Assembly: GCA_963704725.1 (NCBI GenBank)
Contig: OY969934.1
Location: forward strand, 2,145,040 to 2,209,039
Direction of reading: 5' to 3'
Origin: an uncultured Actinomycetes bacterium
GTDB taxonomy: Bacteria > Actinomycetota > UBA4738 > HRBIN12
DNA: 64,000 nucleotides
Shown here: piece by piece, positions 45,677 through 55,534 of the stretch
How positions within the stretch are numbered: position 1 is the stretch's first letter
How the letters are laid out: each line of letters starts with the position of its first letter
Made by a program: the position numbers and the translations under genes
The notes under the pieces: generated by a model
The model's input: only the letters and a program-made list of their open reading frames with translations
The model's database searches: none
Told to the model about the DNA's origin: nothing

Positions 45677-46504
45677 CTACTCGATGCCGGGCGCGGCCGG
45701 GCGGCCGGTCCCGCTCTGGGCCCGGAGATCGGCCTCGATCTGCTCCGCCGTTGCCCTCAGCTTCGGAACGAGCTCCGTCTCGAGGTCGTCCAGGCTCTTC
45801 ATCGACGCGTGCACCGGGACCGCCAGCCCGGCGATGACCCGGCCGGACTGATCGCGGATCGGCACGCCCACCGAGCGGAGGCCCTCCTCGAGCTCCTGAT
45901 CCACGAGTGCATACCCCCGCTCCCGTACCTCCTCGACGAGCGTTCGCAGCTCGCCGAGGAGGGACACGGTGTGCGACGTCAGCGGCTCCAGGCGGAGCCG
46001 CTCCAGGTAGCGCTCGAGCTCGTCGGGATCGAGCCCGGCCAGCAGGACCCGCCCCATCGATGTCGCGTACGCCGGCAGGCGGGTTCCCACGGGGATGGCC
46101 ACGATCATGATCCGCCGGGCGGGAACCCGCAGGACGCAGACCACCTCGTCCCCGTCCAGGACCCCGACCGTCGCCGACTCCTGCAGCGTCGTCACCAGCT
46201 CCTCGACGTGGGGCTGGGCCACCTCGAGGAAGCTCATCCCGGACAGGAACGCGTAACCGAGCTCGAGGACCCTCGGTCGCAGGGAGAACTCCCGTCCGTT
46301 CGAGCTGACGTAGCCGAGCTCGACGAGGGTATGCAGGAAGCGCCGGGCCGCCGAACGCGTGAGGCCCGTCGAGCGCGCCACCTCGCTCAGCGTGAGTCGC
46401 TCCTGGTCCTGTCCGAACGCCCGGATCACCGCCAACCCCCGGTCGAGCGCGCGGACGAAGTCGCCGTTTCGGCTGGGGTGGCTATCGTCGTCTGGGGTCG
46501 GCAC
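45677..46504 (-). CDS. pobR: IclR family transcriptional regulator (PobR/PcaR-like)
   Basis: N-terminal HTH (LTLSEVARSTGLTRSAARRFLHTLVELGY) plus IclR effector domain. Divergent from the ALDH-pobA operon. Start approximate. Confidence 0.75.
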   Translation of the reverse strand: MPTPDDDSHPSRNGDFVRALDRGLAVIRAFGQDQERLTLSEVARSTGLTRSAARRFLHTLVELGYVSSNGREFSLRPRVLELGYAFLSGMSFLEVAQPHVEELVTTLQESATVGVLDGDEVVCVLRVPARRIMIVAIPVGTRLPAYATSMGRVLLAGLDPDELERYLERLRLEPLTSHTVSLLGELRTLVEEVRERGYALVDQELEEGLRSVGVPIRDQSGRVIAGLAVPVHASMKSLDDLETELVPKLRATAEQIEADLRAQSGTGRPAAPGIE

Positions 46505-46655
46505 GGCGCGGTCACGATAGGAGGGGCCTCGCGGTCGGTCAACCGGTCCCCGCCCCTTGACAGTTCCGCGGGGTTCGTCGCACAGTCGCATCCGCTCCGC
46601 GCATGGCGCGTCCGCCGTGCGAACGGCGCGCTCGCTCCGGAAGGGGGGACGACCG

Positions 46656-48113
46656 GTGGCGCTTCTCGACACGGCCGCGTGGCCGAGCAAGATCTTCCAG
46701 GACGGCTGGGTGCCGGGCTCCGGAGGCGACCGAGCCGTCATCGAGCCGGCGACGGGCGACGAGCTCGGCCGCATCGGGCTCGCGAACGGCGCCGACGTCG
46801 CGCGGGCCGCCGCGCGCGCCTCCGAGGCGCAGCGCCCCTGGGCCGCAACGGGCTACCTCGAGCGCGGCGCGATCATGCGCCGGGCCGGCCGGCTCTTCGA
46901 GGAGCACGCCGAGGAGATCCAGGGCTGGATCATCCGCGAGACGGGGGCCATCCCGCCCAAGGCGCAGCTCGAGACGTGGTTCGCGGCGACGACCTGCTAC
47001 GAGTCGGCGGGCCTCACCTCGCTGCCGTACGGCGAGCTGCTGCAGACCCGCGACCCGATCCTCAGCATGTCGCGACGGATCCCCGTCGGCGTCGTCGGCG
47101 TGATCTCCCCCTTCAACTTCCCGCTGATCCTGTCGATCCGCGCGGTGGCACCGGCCCTGGCGCTCGGCAACGCCGTGATCCTGAAGCCCGATCCCCGGAC
47201 CTCCGTGGCCGGCGGCGTCGTCCTCGCCCGGATCTTCGAGGAGGCCGGCGTCCCGGAGGGCTTGTTCTCGGTGCTCCCCGGCGATGCCACGACCGGCGAG
47301 GCGCTCATCTCCGACCCCGGCGTGACCATGATCTCGTTCACCGGCTCCTCACGCGCCGGGAAACAGGTCGGTCAGCTCGCGGCGAAGCACCTGAAGCGCG
47401 CCCACCTGGAGCTGGGCGGCAACAACGCGCTGATCGTGCTCGACGACGTCGACGTCGAGCGAGCCGTGTCCGTCGGCGCGTTCGGCTCGTTCATGCACCA
47501 GGGACAGGTCTGCATGACGACCGGGAAACACCTGGTGGCGCGCGACATCGCCGACACGTACGCAGAGGTCCTCGCGGCGCACGCGGAGCACACCCCCGTC
47601 GGCAACCCCGCCACCGAGCAGGTCGCCCTCGGCCCGATCATCGACGAGCAGCAGCGGGATCGCGTGCATCGGATCGTCACCGACACCGTCGGTGCGGGCG
47701 CGCGCCTGGCCGCGGGCGGCACGTACGAGGGGCTCTTCTACCGCCCGACGGTCCTCGCCGACGTGCCCACGGATGCGCCGGCGTTCACCGAGGAGATCTT
47801 CGGCCCGGTCGCGCCCGTCGTGCCGTTCGACTCCATCGACGAGGCCGTCAAGCTCGCCGCGTCGAGCGAGCACGGGCTGTCGCTGGGGATCCTCACCCGG
47901 GACGTCATGAAGGGGCTCGAGATCGCCGAGCGCATACCGACCGGCGTGGTGCACATCAACGACCAGACCGTGTCCGACGAGGTGGTGAACCCGTTCGGCG
48001 GGGTGAAGGCGACGGGGAGCTCCTGGATCGGCGGACCCAGGGCGAACATCGAGGCCTTCACCACGACGCAATGGGTCACCGTGCGAGGCGACCTCCCCGA
48101 GTACCCGTTCTAG
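46656..48113 (+). CDS. NAD(P)-dependent aldehyde dehydrogenase (benzaldehyde/4-hydroxybenzaldehyde dehydrogenase-like)
   Basis: ALDH superfamily: catalytic Cys in QGQVCMT, Glu in ELGGNNA, cofactor motif FTGSSRAGK. Start approximate (GTG at 46656 or ATG at 46557). Confidence 0.85.
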   Translation: MALLDTAAWPSKIFQDGWVPGSGGDRAVIEPATGDELGRIGLANGADVARAAARASEAQRPWAATGYLERGAIMRRAGRLFEEHAEEIQGWIIRETGAIPPKAQLETWFAATTCYESAGLTSLPYGELLQTRDPILSMSRRIPVGVVGVISPFNFPLILSIRAVAPALALGNAVILKPDPRTSVAGGVVLARIFEEAGVPEGLFSVLPGDATTGEALISDPGVTMISFTGSSRAGKQVGQLAAKHLKRAHLELGGNNALIVLDDVDVERAVSVGAFGSFMHQGQVCMTTGKHLVARDIADTYAEVLAAHAEHTPVGNPATEQVALGPIIDEQQRDRVHRIVTDTVGAGARLAAGGTYEGLFYRPTVLADVPTDAPAFTEEIFGPVAPVVPFDSIDEAVKLAASSEHGLSLGILTRDVMKGLEIAERIPTGVVHINDQTVSDEVVNPFGGVKATGSSWIGGPRANIEAFTTTQWVTVRGDLPEYPF

Positions 48114-48133
48114 GCGGGCCCTCGGCGAGCGCG

Positions 48134-49318
48134 ATGCGAACGCAGGTCGGTATCGTGGGGGCGGGCCCCGCGGGGCTCCTGCTCTCGCACCTGCTGCACC
48201 TGAACGGGATCGACTCCGTCGTGCTGGAGGACCAAACGCGCGATCACGTCGAGCAGCGCGTGCGTGCCGGGGTCCTCGAGCAGGGCACGGTCGACCTGAT
48301 GCGCGAGACCGGCCTGGCCGACCGGCTCGACCGCGAGGGGCTCGTGCACCACGGCATCGAGCTCCGCTTCGCCGGGGAGGCGCACCGCATCCCGATGACC
48401 GACCTCACGGGTCGCTCGATCTACATCTACGGCCAGCAGGAGGTCGTGAAGGACCTCATCGCGGCCCGTGTGGCCGCCGGCGGCTCGATCCTGTTCGAGG
48501 TCGAGGACGTCCGGCCCGAGGGCTTCGACGGCGACGAGCCCGTGCTCCGCTTCCGGCGGGACGGCCGGGACTACGAGCTGCGGTGCGACGTGATCGCCGG
48601 CTGCGACGGCTCCCACGGCGTGTGCCGCGAGGCCGTCCCGGGCGGTGTGCTACGCACGCTCGAGATCGACTACCCGTTCGCCTGGCTCGGCGTGCTCGCC
48701 GCGGTGCCGCCCTCCACCGACGAGCTCATCTACGCGAACCACGAGCGCGGGTTCGCGCTGCACAGCCTGCGCTCACCCGAGATCAGCCGGCTCTATCTGC
48801 AGGTCGCGCCCGACGAGGACGTGGCCGACTGGCCGGACGAGCGCGTCTGGGACGAGCTGGGCCGGCGACTGGAGCTGCCCGGGTGGTCGTTGCGGACGGG
48901 ACCCGTGCTCGAGAAGAGCGTGGCGTACATGCGCAGCTTCGTCGTCGAGCCGATGCAGTACGGACGCATGTACCTGGCCGGCGATGCCGCGCACATCGTC
49001 CCGGCGACGGGCGCGAAGGGTCTGAACCTCGCCGTGAACGACGTCCGCGTGCTCTCCGAGGCCCTGTGCCACTGGTTCCGGACCGGCGAGACACGGCTCC
49101 TCGACGGGTACTCGGATCGCGTGCTGCAGCGCGTGTGGCGCGCGCAGAACTTCTCCCAGTGGATGAGCGCGATGCTGCATCGGTTCCCCGGCGCGGATCC
49201 GTTCACGGACCGGTTGCAGCGCAATCAGCTCGAGTACGTGTGCAGCTCCGTGGCGGCGGCCACCGGCCTGGCCGAGAACTATGTCGGGCTGCCGTTCGAC
49301 GTGACGGTGGCGGCATGA
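48134..49318 (+). CDS. pobA: 4-hydroxybenzoate 3-monooxygenase
   Basis: 394 aa. FAD motif VGIVGAGPAGLLL and a PHBH-specific fold; high collinearity with PobA. Confidence 0.9.
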   Translation: MRTQVGIVGAGPAGLLLSHLLHLNGIDSVVLEDQTRDHVEQRVRAGVLEQGTVDLMRETGLADRLDREGLVHHGIELRFAGEAHRIPMTDLTGRSIYIYGQQEVVKDLIAARVAAGGSILFEVEDVRPEGFDGDEPVLRFRRDGRDYELRCDVIAGCDGSHGVCREAVPGGVLRTLEIDYPFAWLGVLAAVPPSTDELIYANHERGFALHSLRSPEISRLYLQVAPDEDVADWPDERVWDELGRRLELPGWSLRTGPVLEKSVAYMRSFVVEPMQYGRMYLAGDAAHIVPATGAKGLNLAVNDVRVLSEALCHWFRTGETRLLDGYSDRVLQRVWRAQNFSQWMSAMLHRFPGADPFTDRLQRNQLEYVCSSVAAATGLAENYVGLPFDVTVAA

Positions 49319-50418
49319 CGGCGGCGCCGACGTGGCGAGCGGAGGTGGTCGGCAGCCTGCTCCGGCCCCCGTACCTGAAGGACGCGTTCGAGCGCGCCGA
49401 CCGGGGCGAGATCGACGATGTCGAGCTCGCGCGGACGCAGGACCGGGCGGCGCTCGAGGCCGTCGCGCTCCAGGAGGCGTGCGGCGTCGACGTGGTGACC
49501 GACGGCGAGGTCCGCCGGCGATTCTGGTTCGACCCGCTCACGGCGAGCCTGTCCGGCTACAACCCCGAGGAGACGGCCCCGGTGCCGTTCACCCGGGGCG
49601 GGGAGACCGCGGCCGGACCCCCGCCGAAGCTGCCCGTCGTCACCGAGCGGCTCGGCCTCGCGCGGAACCTCCCGCTCGAGGAGTTCGCGTTCCTGCGCGC
49701 CCACACGGAGCGACCGACCAAGGCGACGATCGCCGGGATGACGTACGCGAGCGTGCTGTACGTCCCGGGGATCTCCGAAGCGGCGTATCCGGACCGCGAG
49801 GAGTACATGGCGGATGCGTTGCGGCTCATGACCGAGGTGGTTCGCGAAGCCGCGGCGGCCGGCGTCCGGCACGTCCAGCTGGACTCGCCGCGCTACACGC
49901 ACCTGGTGAGCGAGGAGGGCCGGGCCAACCTGGCGAAGGTCGGCCTCGACCCCTCGACGTGGCTGTCGCAGATGATCGGGTACGACAACGCGCTGATCCG
50001 GTCGGTCCCCGAGGTGACGTGGGCCGTGCACCTGTGTCGCGGGAACCACCGCAGCATGTGGTCCGTGGAGGGCGGCTACGACGACATCGCGGAGCAGCTC
50101 TTCAACGGCCTCGAGGTCGACCGCATCCTGGCCGAGTACGACTCGCCGAGGTCCGGGACGTTCGAGCCGCTCCGTTTCGTCCCGCCCGAGAAGACGGTCG
50201 TGCTCGGCCTGATCACCACCAAGGAGCCCGAGCTCGAGGACGCCGACCAGCTCCGTCGCCGCATCGACGAGGCCTCGGCGTTCGTGTCGCTGGATCGGCT
50301 GGCGCTCTCCCCTCAGTGCGGCTTCGCCTCGACCCTGCCGGGCAACCTGGTGACCTTCGACGACCAGCGCGCCAAGCTCGAGCTCCTCGCCGGGGTGGCG
50401 CGCCGGGTGTGGGGGTAA
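49315..50418 (+). CDS. Cobalamin-independent methionine synthase II family protein (MetE-like Zn methyltransferase), paralog 2, translationally coupled to pobA
   Basis: 367 aa. Zn-ligand motifs AVHLCRGN and SPQCGFAS. ATG overlaps the pobA stop as ATGA. Confidence 0.8.
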   Translation: MTAAPTWRAEVVGSLLRPPYLKDAFERADRGEIDDVELARTQDRAALEAVALQEACGVDVVTDGEVRRRFWFDPLTASLSGYNPEETAPVPFTRGGETAAGPPPKLPVVTERLGLARNLPLEEFAFLRAHTERPTKATIAGMTYASVLYVPGISEAAYPDREEYMADALRLMTEVVREAAAAGVRHVQLDSPRYTHLVSEEGRANLAKVGLDPSTWLSQMIGYDNALIRSVPEVTWAVHLCRGNHRSMWSVEGGYDDIAEQLFNGLEVDRILAEYDSPRSGTFEPLRFVPPEKTVVLGLITTKEPELEDADQLRRRIDEASAFVSLDRLALSPQCGFASTLPGNLVTFDDQRAKLELLAGVARRVWG

Positions 50419-50425
50419 CCCGGGC

Positions 50426-50806
50426 TCAGCCCGGTCCGGCGTCCTGGAGCGCCCGGCCCGCGATCCGGAACGCCTCGTTCGCGGCCGGCACGCCGGCGTA
50501 GACCGCCGTGTGGAGCAGGACCTCGGCGATCTCCTGCGGCTCGAGCCCGAGCCGGCGCGCCGCTCGGACATGCATCTCGATCTCCTGGTGACATCCGAGC
50601 GCGGTGAGGACGGCGAGCGTGATGCACGAGCGCGTCCGGCGGTCGAGCCCGGGCCTGGCCCACACCCCGCCCCAGGCGGATCGGGTCACGTAGTCCTGGA
50701 AGGGTGCGCTGAACGCGGTCGTGGACGCGATCGCCGCGTCGACGTGCTCGTCGCCGAGCACCTCGCGTCGCACGCCCATGCCGGTCTCGTACGTCGGATC
50801 GATCAT
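50426..50806 (-). CDS. pcaC: 4-carboxymuconolactone decarboxylase
   Basis: 126 aa CMD/AhpD-like domain (GGVWARPGLDRRTRS, HQEIEMHVRAA). Confidence 0.85.
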   Translation of the reverse strand: MIDPTYETGMGVRREVLGDEHVDAAIASTTAFSAPFQDYVTRSAWGGVWARPGLDRRTRSCITLAVLTALGCHQEIEMHVRAARRLGLEPQEIAEVLLHTAVYAGVPAANEAFRIAGRALQDAGPG

Positions 50807-51579
50807 CGTGCCTCCTCGCTCGCGAGCAGGTGCTCGCGGATCAGGGCGGTCACCTCCTCGGGACGCTCCACGTTCGCCAGGTGCGCGGCGTCCACCGTGG
50901 CGGCGCGGCACCTCGGGATGCCCTCGGCGAGGAGCCGGGCATCGTCCTGCGGCATCGAGGGATCTCGCGCCCCCGACACGACGAGCGTGTCGGCCCGGAT
51001 GTCGCCGAGAGCCGCGCGCAGGTCCGCGGTCCCGACCGCCTCGCAGCACGCCGCGTAGCCCTCGGGCGGCGTCGCGGCGATCATGTCGCGCATTCTCGTC
51101 ACGACCGCGGGCTCCCGCCGCGCGAACCCGGGCGTGAACCATCGGCCCACCACCAGGTCGGCCACGGCGCCCGTGCCCTCGGCCCGGACGAGCGCGGCGC
51201 GTTCGAACCAGGCCGCGGGCGGAGCGAATCGCGGCGAGGTGCAGCACAGCACGAGGCGATCCACGCGATCGGGCGCGTGCGCCGCCACCCACATCGAGAC
51301 CATCGCCCCGATCGAGAGCCCGGCGAGGTGCGCGCGCTCGACGCCGAGGCCATCCAGTAGCGCGAGCAGATCCGCGCCGAGGTCCGAGAGGTCGTACGGC
51401 GGCGGCGGGACCGGTGACCGGCCGTGCCCGCGCAGGTCGTAGCGAACGACGCGGAAGTCCTCCGCCAACACCGCGACCTGCGGTTCCCACATGTCGAGCG
51501 TGCTGCCGAGCGAGTTCGACAGGACCAGGACGGGCCCGCCGGGCGGCCCCTCGACGAGGTGGTGGACCTCGACGCTCAC
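50803..51579 (-). CDS. pcaD: 3-oxoadipate enol-lactonase
   Basis: Alpha/beta hydrolase with GLSIGAM nucleophile elbow. GTG start overlaps the pcaB stop as GTGA. Confidence 0.85.
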   Translation of the reverse strand: MSVEVHHLVEGPPGGPVLVLSNSLGSTLDMWEPQVAVLAEDFRVVRYDLRGHGRSPVPPPPYDLSDLGADLLALLDGLGVERAHLAGLSIGAMVSMWVAAHAPDRVDRLVLCCTSPRFAPPAAWFERAALVRAEGTGAVADLVVGRWFTPGFARREPAVVTRMRDMIAATPPEGYAACCEAVGTADLRAALGDIRADTLVVSGARDPSMPQDDARLLAEGIPRCRAATVDAAHLANVERPEEVTALIREHLLASEEAR

Positions 51580-52931
51580 GAGCCGCGGTGTGCCGCGAGC
51601 GCCCGGTCGACCAGAGCCTCGGCGCTGCCGAGGTAGCCGGAGGGATCGAGGAGCTCCCCGATCGCGTGCGCCGAGAGCTGCGCCGAGACCTCCGGGCTCC
51701 GCTCGAGGACCTCCGCGAACGGCCGCCCCTGCGAGACGGCGAGCGCGCTCGCGTCCTCGACGAGCCGGTGCGCCTCGAGGCGGCCGAGGGCGGGGGCAAG
51801 CGCGGACACCACCCGCTCGGCGAGCAGCAGCCCTCCCGTCCGATCGAGGTTCGCGCGCATCGTCGACGCGTCCACCTGTAGGTGCTCGAGGCAGTCCCGG
51901 AGCCACGCCGCCGCGGACCCCACCGAGATCAGCAGGGTGCCGAGGGGAAGCCATTCGGCGTGCCACGCGCCCGCCGCGCGCTCGTGCTCCGGCGAGGCGG
52001 CCGCCAGGATCGTCGACACGAGCCCCGGCGCCTGCCGGGCGCACGCGATCGCGCTCACCGCGGCGATGGGGTTCCGCTTGTGCGGGAGCGTGGACGATCC
52101 GCCCCGGCCCGGCGCGCCCTCGCGCACCTCTCCCACCTCGGTCTGTGCCAGCAGGACGACGTCGCCGGCAGCCTTGCCGATCGCGCCGGCGGCCTCGCCC
52201 AGCGCACCGGCGACCTCGGAGACCCGCGTGCGGTCGGTGTGCCAGGGCAGGATCGGGTGCGCCAGCCCCAGCTCGTCGGCGAACGCGGCCGCCACCGCGG
52301 GCCCGGACTCACCGAGGGAGGCGAGCGTGCCGGCCGCGCCACCGAGCTGGGCCGCCAGCCGCCGGTCGCGCACCGACGTCAGGCGCTCGGCCGCCTCGTC
52401 GAGGGCCACCATCCACCCGGCGGCCTTCAGCCCGAACGTCGTCGGGAGCGCCTGCTGCAGCAGCGTCCGAGCCGCCATCGGCGTGGCGCGATGCCGGTCC
52501 GCCTGGTCGGCCGCGGCGTCGGCGGCCGCCCGCAGGTCGTCCAGGAGCGGCTCGAGGCTGCGGCGGACGACCAGCATCGCGGCGGTGTCCATCACGTCCT
52601 GGCTCGTCAGGCCCCGATGGACGTGCCGCGCCGCCGAGCCCCCCACGGCCTCGGTCAGCGCGGCGACGAGTGGGACGACCGGGTTGCCGTCGTCCGCGGC
52701 CTGCCGGCCGATCGCCCCGACGTCGAACGCCTCGGCGCGGCAGGCCCGGGCGATCGCCTCGGCGTCCTCGGCCGGAGCGAGACCCACCCGCGCCAGGGCC
52801 CGGGCGAGCGCCGCCTCGGCGTCGAGCATCGCCTGGAGCCACGCGCGATCGCCGGCCTCGTGGCGAACCCGGCCGCGGGCCAGGACGCCCTCGAACAGGC
52901 CGCCCTCAGAGGTCGAAGAAGACGGTCTCAC
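51576..52931 (-). CDS. pcaB: 3-carboxy-cis,cis-muconate cycloisomerase
   Basis: Fumarase/aspartase-family lyase fold (GSSTLPHKRNP signature). Confidence 0.9.
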   Translation of the reverse strand: MRPSSSTSEGGLFEGVLARGRVRHEAGDRAWLQAMLDAEAALARALARVGLAPAEDAEAIARACRAEAFDVGAIGRQAADDGNPVVPLVAALTEAVGGSAARHVHRGLTSQDVMDTAAMLVVRRSLEPLLDDLRAAADAAADQADRHRATPMAARTLLQQALPTTFGLKAAGWMVALDEAAERLTSVRDRRLAAQLGGAAGTLASLGESGPAVAAAFADELGLAHPILPWHTDRTRVSEVAGALGEAAGAIGKAAGDVVLLAQTEVGEVREGAPGRGGSSTLPHKRNPIAAVSAIACARQAPGLVSTILAAASPEHERAAGAWHAEWLPLGTLLISVGSAAAWLRDCLEHLQVDASTMRANLDRTGGLLLAERVVSALAPALGRLEAHRLVEDASALAVSQGRPFAEVLERSPEVSAQLSAHAIGELLDPSGYLGSAEALVDRALAAHRGS

Positions 52932-53448
52932 CGTCGCCCTGCAGCCGGATGTCGAACCGGTACCCGTCCTCGCTCCGCCGAGCCAGGAGCGTCTCGCGGC
53001 GCGAGGGATCGACGGCGTCCAGGACGGGATCGGACGCGTTCGCCGCCTCCTCGTCCTCGAAGTAGATCCGAGTCGCAGCCCGCTTGAGGAGCCCGCGGGC
53101 GAAGACCGAGACGTCGACGTGGGGCGCCTGCACGACGCCGTTCGGTCCCGCCAGCCGGCCGGGCTTCACCGTCAGGATCCCCCACTCGCCCGCCGGGTCG
53201 GTCGAGGCCCGCCCGAACCCCCGGAAGGGTCCCGTCGCCGGCGCGTCGGGGAACCGGCCGTCCGCGTCGGCCTGCCACGTCTCGACCATCGCGTCGGGCA
53301 CGGGTTCGCCGGCGCCGTCAAGGACGCGACCGCGGATCCACAGCGCTCCGGTCGCGCCCTCCGCGACGACGTGGGGACCTGCCGGCCACGGCAGGCCGAT
53401 GGCGAAGAAGGGCCCCACCGTCTGCGACGGCGTGCGCCCCGCGCTCAA
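52906..53448 (-). CDS. pcaG: Protocatechuate 3,4-dioxygenase alpha subunit
   Basis: Intradiol dioxygenase alpha-chain (TPSQTVGPFF...). Only usable start is TTG at 53448, overlapping the pcaH stop as TTGA. Confidence 0.8.
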   Translation of the reverse strand: MSAGRTPSQTVGPFFAIGLPWPAGPHVVAEGATGALWIRGRVLDGAGEPVPDAMVETWQADADGRFPDAPATGPFRGFGRASTDPAGEWGILTVKPGRLAGPNGVVQAPHVDVSVFARGLLKRAATRIYFEDEEAANASDPVLDAVDPSRRETLLARRSEDGYRFDIRLQGDGETVFFDL

Positions 53449-54173
53449 CCGTCGCCGTCCCGCTCGAAGGGGGTCGAGGCTCGGCCCCCCACGACGATGT
53501 CGAACTCGAAGCCCAGCGCCCACTCCGGGACCGTCTCGGACAGGTCGAACCGAGAGATCAGCCGGCTTCGCGCCGCGGGGTCCGGGATCGAGTTGAAGAT
53601 CGGGTCCTGCCCGAAGAGCGGATCGTCCGGGAAGTACATCTGCGTGACGAGGCGCTGCGTGAAGTTGCGCCCGAACACGGAGAAGTGCACGTGGGCCGGC
53701 CGCCAGGCGTTCGCGTGGTTGCGCCACGGGTACGCCCCCGGCCTGATCGTCACGAACCGGAACCGGCCCTCGTCGTCCGTGACGCATCGGCCCGCTCCCG
53801 TGAAGTTCGGATCGAGCGGTGCCGGGTGGTTGTCGCCGTCGTGGCGGTACCGCCCGGCCGCGTTCGCCTGCCACACCTCCACGAGCGACCGGCGGATGGG
53901 CCGCCCGTCCGGACCCAGGAGCGTGCCGTGCACGATGATCCGCTGCCCCTGGGGCTCGCCCCCATGCCCGGCCGTGAGGTCGTGGTCGAGCTCGCCGACC
54001 CGGTCGTATCCGAGGAGCGGACCGCCCAGCGCCGCGAGATGGTCGGGCATGGCAACCAGCGGCCGCAGCGGGGCCCGCAGCCGAGTCGCCACGTAGTCGG
54101 GGTACAGGTACGGGGGATCGACGTCGGCGACGTCGGCCGCCTCGATCGCTCGAGCGGCGGGCTCTGGCGGCAT
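53445..54173 (-). CDS. pcaH: Protocatechuate 3,4-dioxygenase beta subunit
   Basis: Intradiol dioxygenase beta-chain with Fe ligands (YRHDGDNHP, RPAHVHF). Confidence 0.9.
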   Translation of the reverse strand: MPPEPAARAIEAADVADVDPPYLYPDYVATRLRAPLRPLVAMPDHLAALGGPLLGYDRVGELDHDLTAGHGGEPQGQRIIVHGTLLGPDGRPIRRSLVEVWQANAAGRYRHDGDNHPAPLDPNFTGAGRCVTDDEGRFRFVTIRPGAYPWRNHANAWRPAHVHFSVFGRNFTQRLVTQMYFPDDPLFGQDPIFNSIPDPAARSRLISRFDLSETVPEWALGFEFDIVVGGRASTPFERDGDG

Positions 54174-54412
54174 GAGCGAAGCCCTCCTTCACAGCGGAGC
54201 GCACGTTCGCGAGCCTACAGGGGCTCCGATGTCCGCGGAACGTAGAGGGCGGCATGTTCGTCTGTCAAGCGGATGTTCGCGTGGCGGACGCCACGGCCCA
54301 CCGGCCGGGCAGGCCGAACCGGGCCCTCGTCCGTAGTACGGGAGCGGCGCAGCCGGGCGCCGCCGGCCGGTACAGCCGGATCGCGGGTCAAACCGCTCGA
54401 CGAGGAGGTTCC

Positions 54413-55525
54413 ATGCGCAGACGCGTCCTCTCGCTGCTCTCGGTCCTGTGTCTCCTGGCGCTCGCGACGCTCGGATCCACCGCCGCCGCAAGCTCGCGGC
54501 ACGACCCGTCGGCCGCCCGGCACCGGCGCGGCTACCGCGTCTCGGACCTCGTCTCCGACGTGGCCGGCGAGGCCCGCCACCTCGACCCCGATCTCGTGAA
54601 CGCCTGGGGGCTCGCCGCGGGGCCCACCTCGCCGTGGTGGGTGTCCGACAACCACGCGGACGTCTCGACGATCTACGACGGCGCGGGCACCGTCTCGGAC
54701 CTCGTGGTCGGGGTGGACGGCGGCGTCACCGGGCTGGTCTTCAACGGCGGGACCGACTTCGTGGTCGAGAACGGCATCTACTCGGGACCCTCGATCTTCC
54801 TGTTCGACACCGAGGCCGGGACGATCGTCGGCTGGAACCCGGGCGTTCCACCACCCTCGCCCTCGACGTCGAGCTTCGTCGTGGCGGACCGTTCGAACGT
54901 CGGCGCGATCTACAAGGGCCTCGCCATCGCCTCGACGGCGGACGGTGACTTCCTGTATGCGGCCGACTTCCACAACGCGCGGGTCGACATGTTCGACGGC
55001 GACTTCACCCTCGTCAGCGACGACACCACGTTCGTCGATCCCGACATCCCCGACGGCTTCGCCCCCTTCGGCATCCAGAACATCGACGGGACGATCTTCG
55101 TCGCGTACGCCAAGCAGGACGCCGCCGCGGAGGACGAGGAGGCGGGCGCTGGACTCGGCTACGTCGACATGTTCGGCACCGACGGGGCGTTCCTGGGACG
55201 TGTCGCGTCGCAGGGCACCCTGAACGCGCCGTGGGGGCTGGCCATGGCGCCGGCCGACTTCGGCCGTTTCAGCGGCGACCTGCTCGTGGGCAACTTCGGC
55301 GACGGACGGATCCACGCCTATCGTGCCGCGGCCGGCGGGGCGTTCATGCACGCCGGAGCGCTTCGGGCCCGCAACGGGCACCCGGTCACGATCGACGGGC
55401 TGTGGGCGCTCGAGTTCGGCACGGGCGACGTGGCCGGTCCGACGAACGCTCTGTACTTCACCGCGGGGCCCCAAAACGAGACGCACGGACTGTTCGGCAA
55501 GATCGTCGCGGTCCCGCGCTCCTGA
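54413..55525 (+). CDS. Secreted TIGR03118-family beta-propeller protein
   Basis: Signal peptide MRRRVLSLLSVLCLLALA, then repeat blades (NAWGLA, NAPWGLA); start taken at the internal Met of the track ORF. Confidence 0.7.
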   Translation: MRRRVLSLLSVLCLLALATLGSTAAASSRHDPSAARHRRGYRVSDLVSDVAGEARHLDPDLVNAWGLAAGPTSPWWVSDNHADVSTIYDGAGTVSDLVVGVDGGVTGLVFNGGTDFVVENGIYSGPSIFLFDTEAGTIVGWNPGVPPPSPSTSSFVVADRSNVGAIYKGLAIASTADGDFLYAADFHNARVDMFDGDFTLVSDDTTFVDPDIPDGFAPFGIQNIDGTIFVAYAKQDAAAEDEEAGAGLGYVDMFGTDGAFLGRVASQGTLNAPWGLAMAPADFGRFSGDLLVGNFGDGRIHAYRAAAGGAFMHAGALRARNGHPVTIDGLWALEFGTGDVAGPTNALYFTAGPQNETHGLFGKIVAVPRS

Positions 55526-55534
55526 GGACGCGCC

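Noticed and set aside
45641-49318. 1225-aa plus-strand ORF
   Set aside because: Only its last 394 aa (pobA) are real. The upstream part runs antisense through the IclR gene and out of frame through the ALDH.
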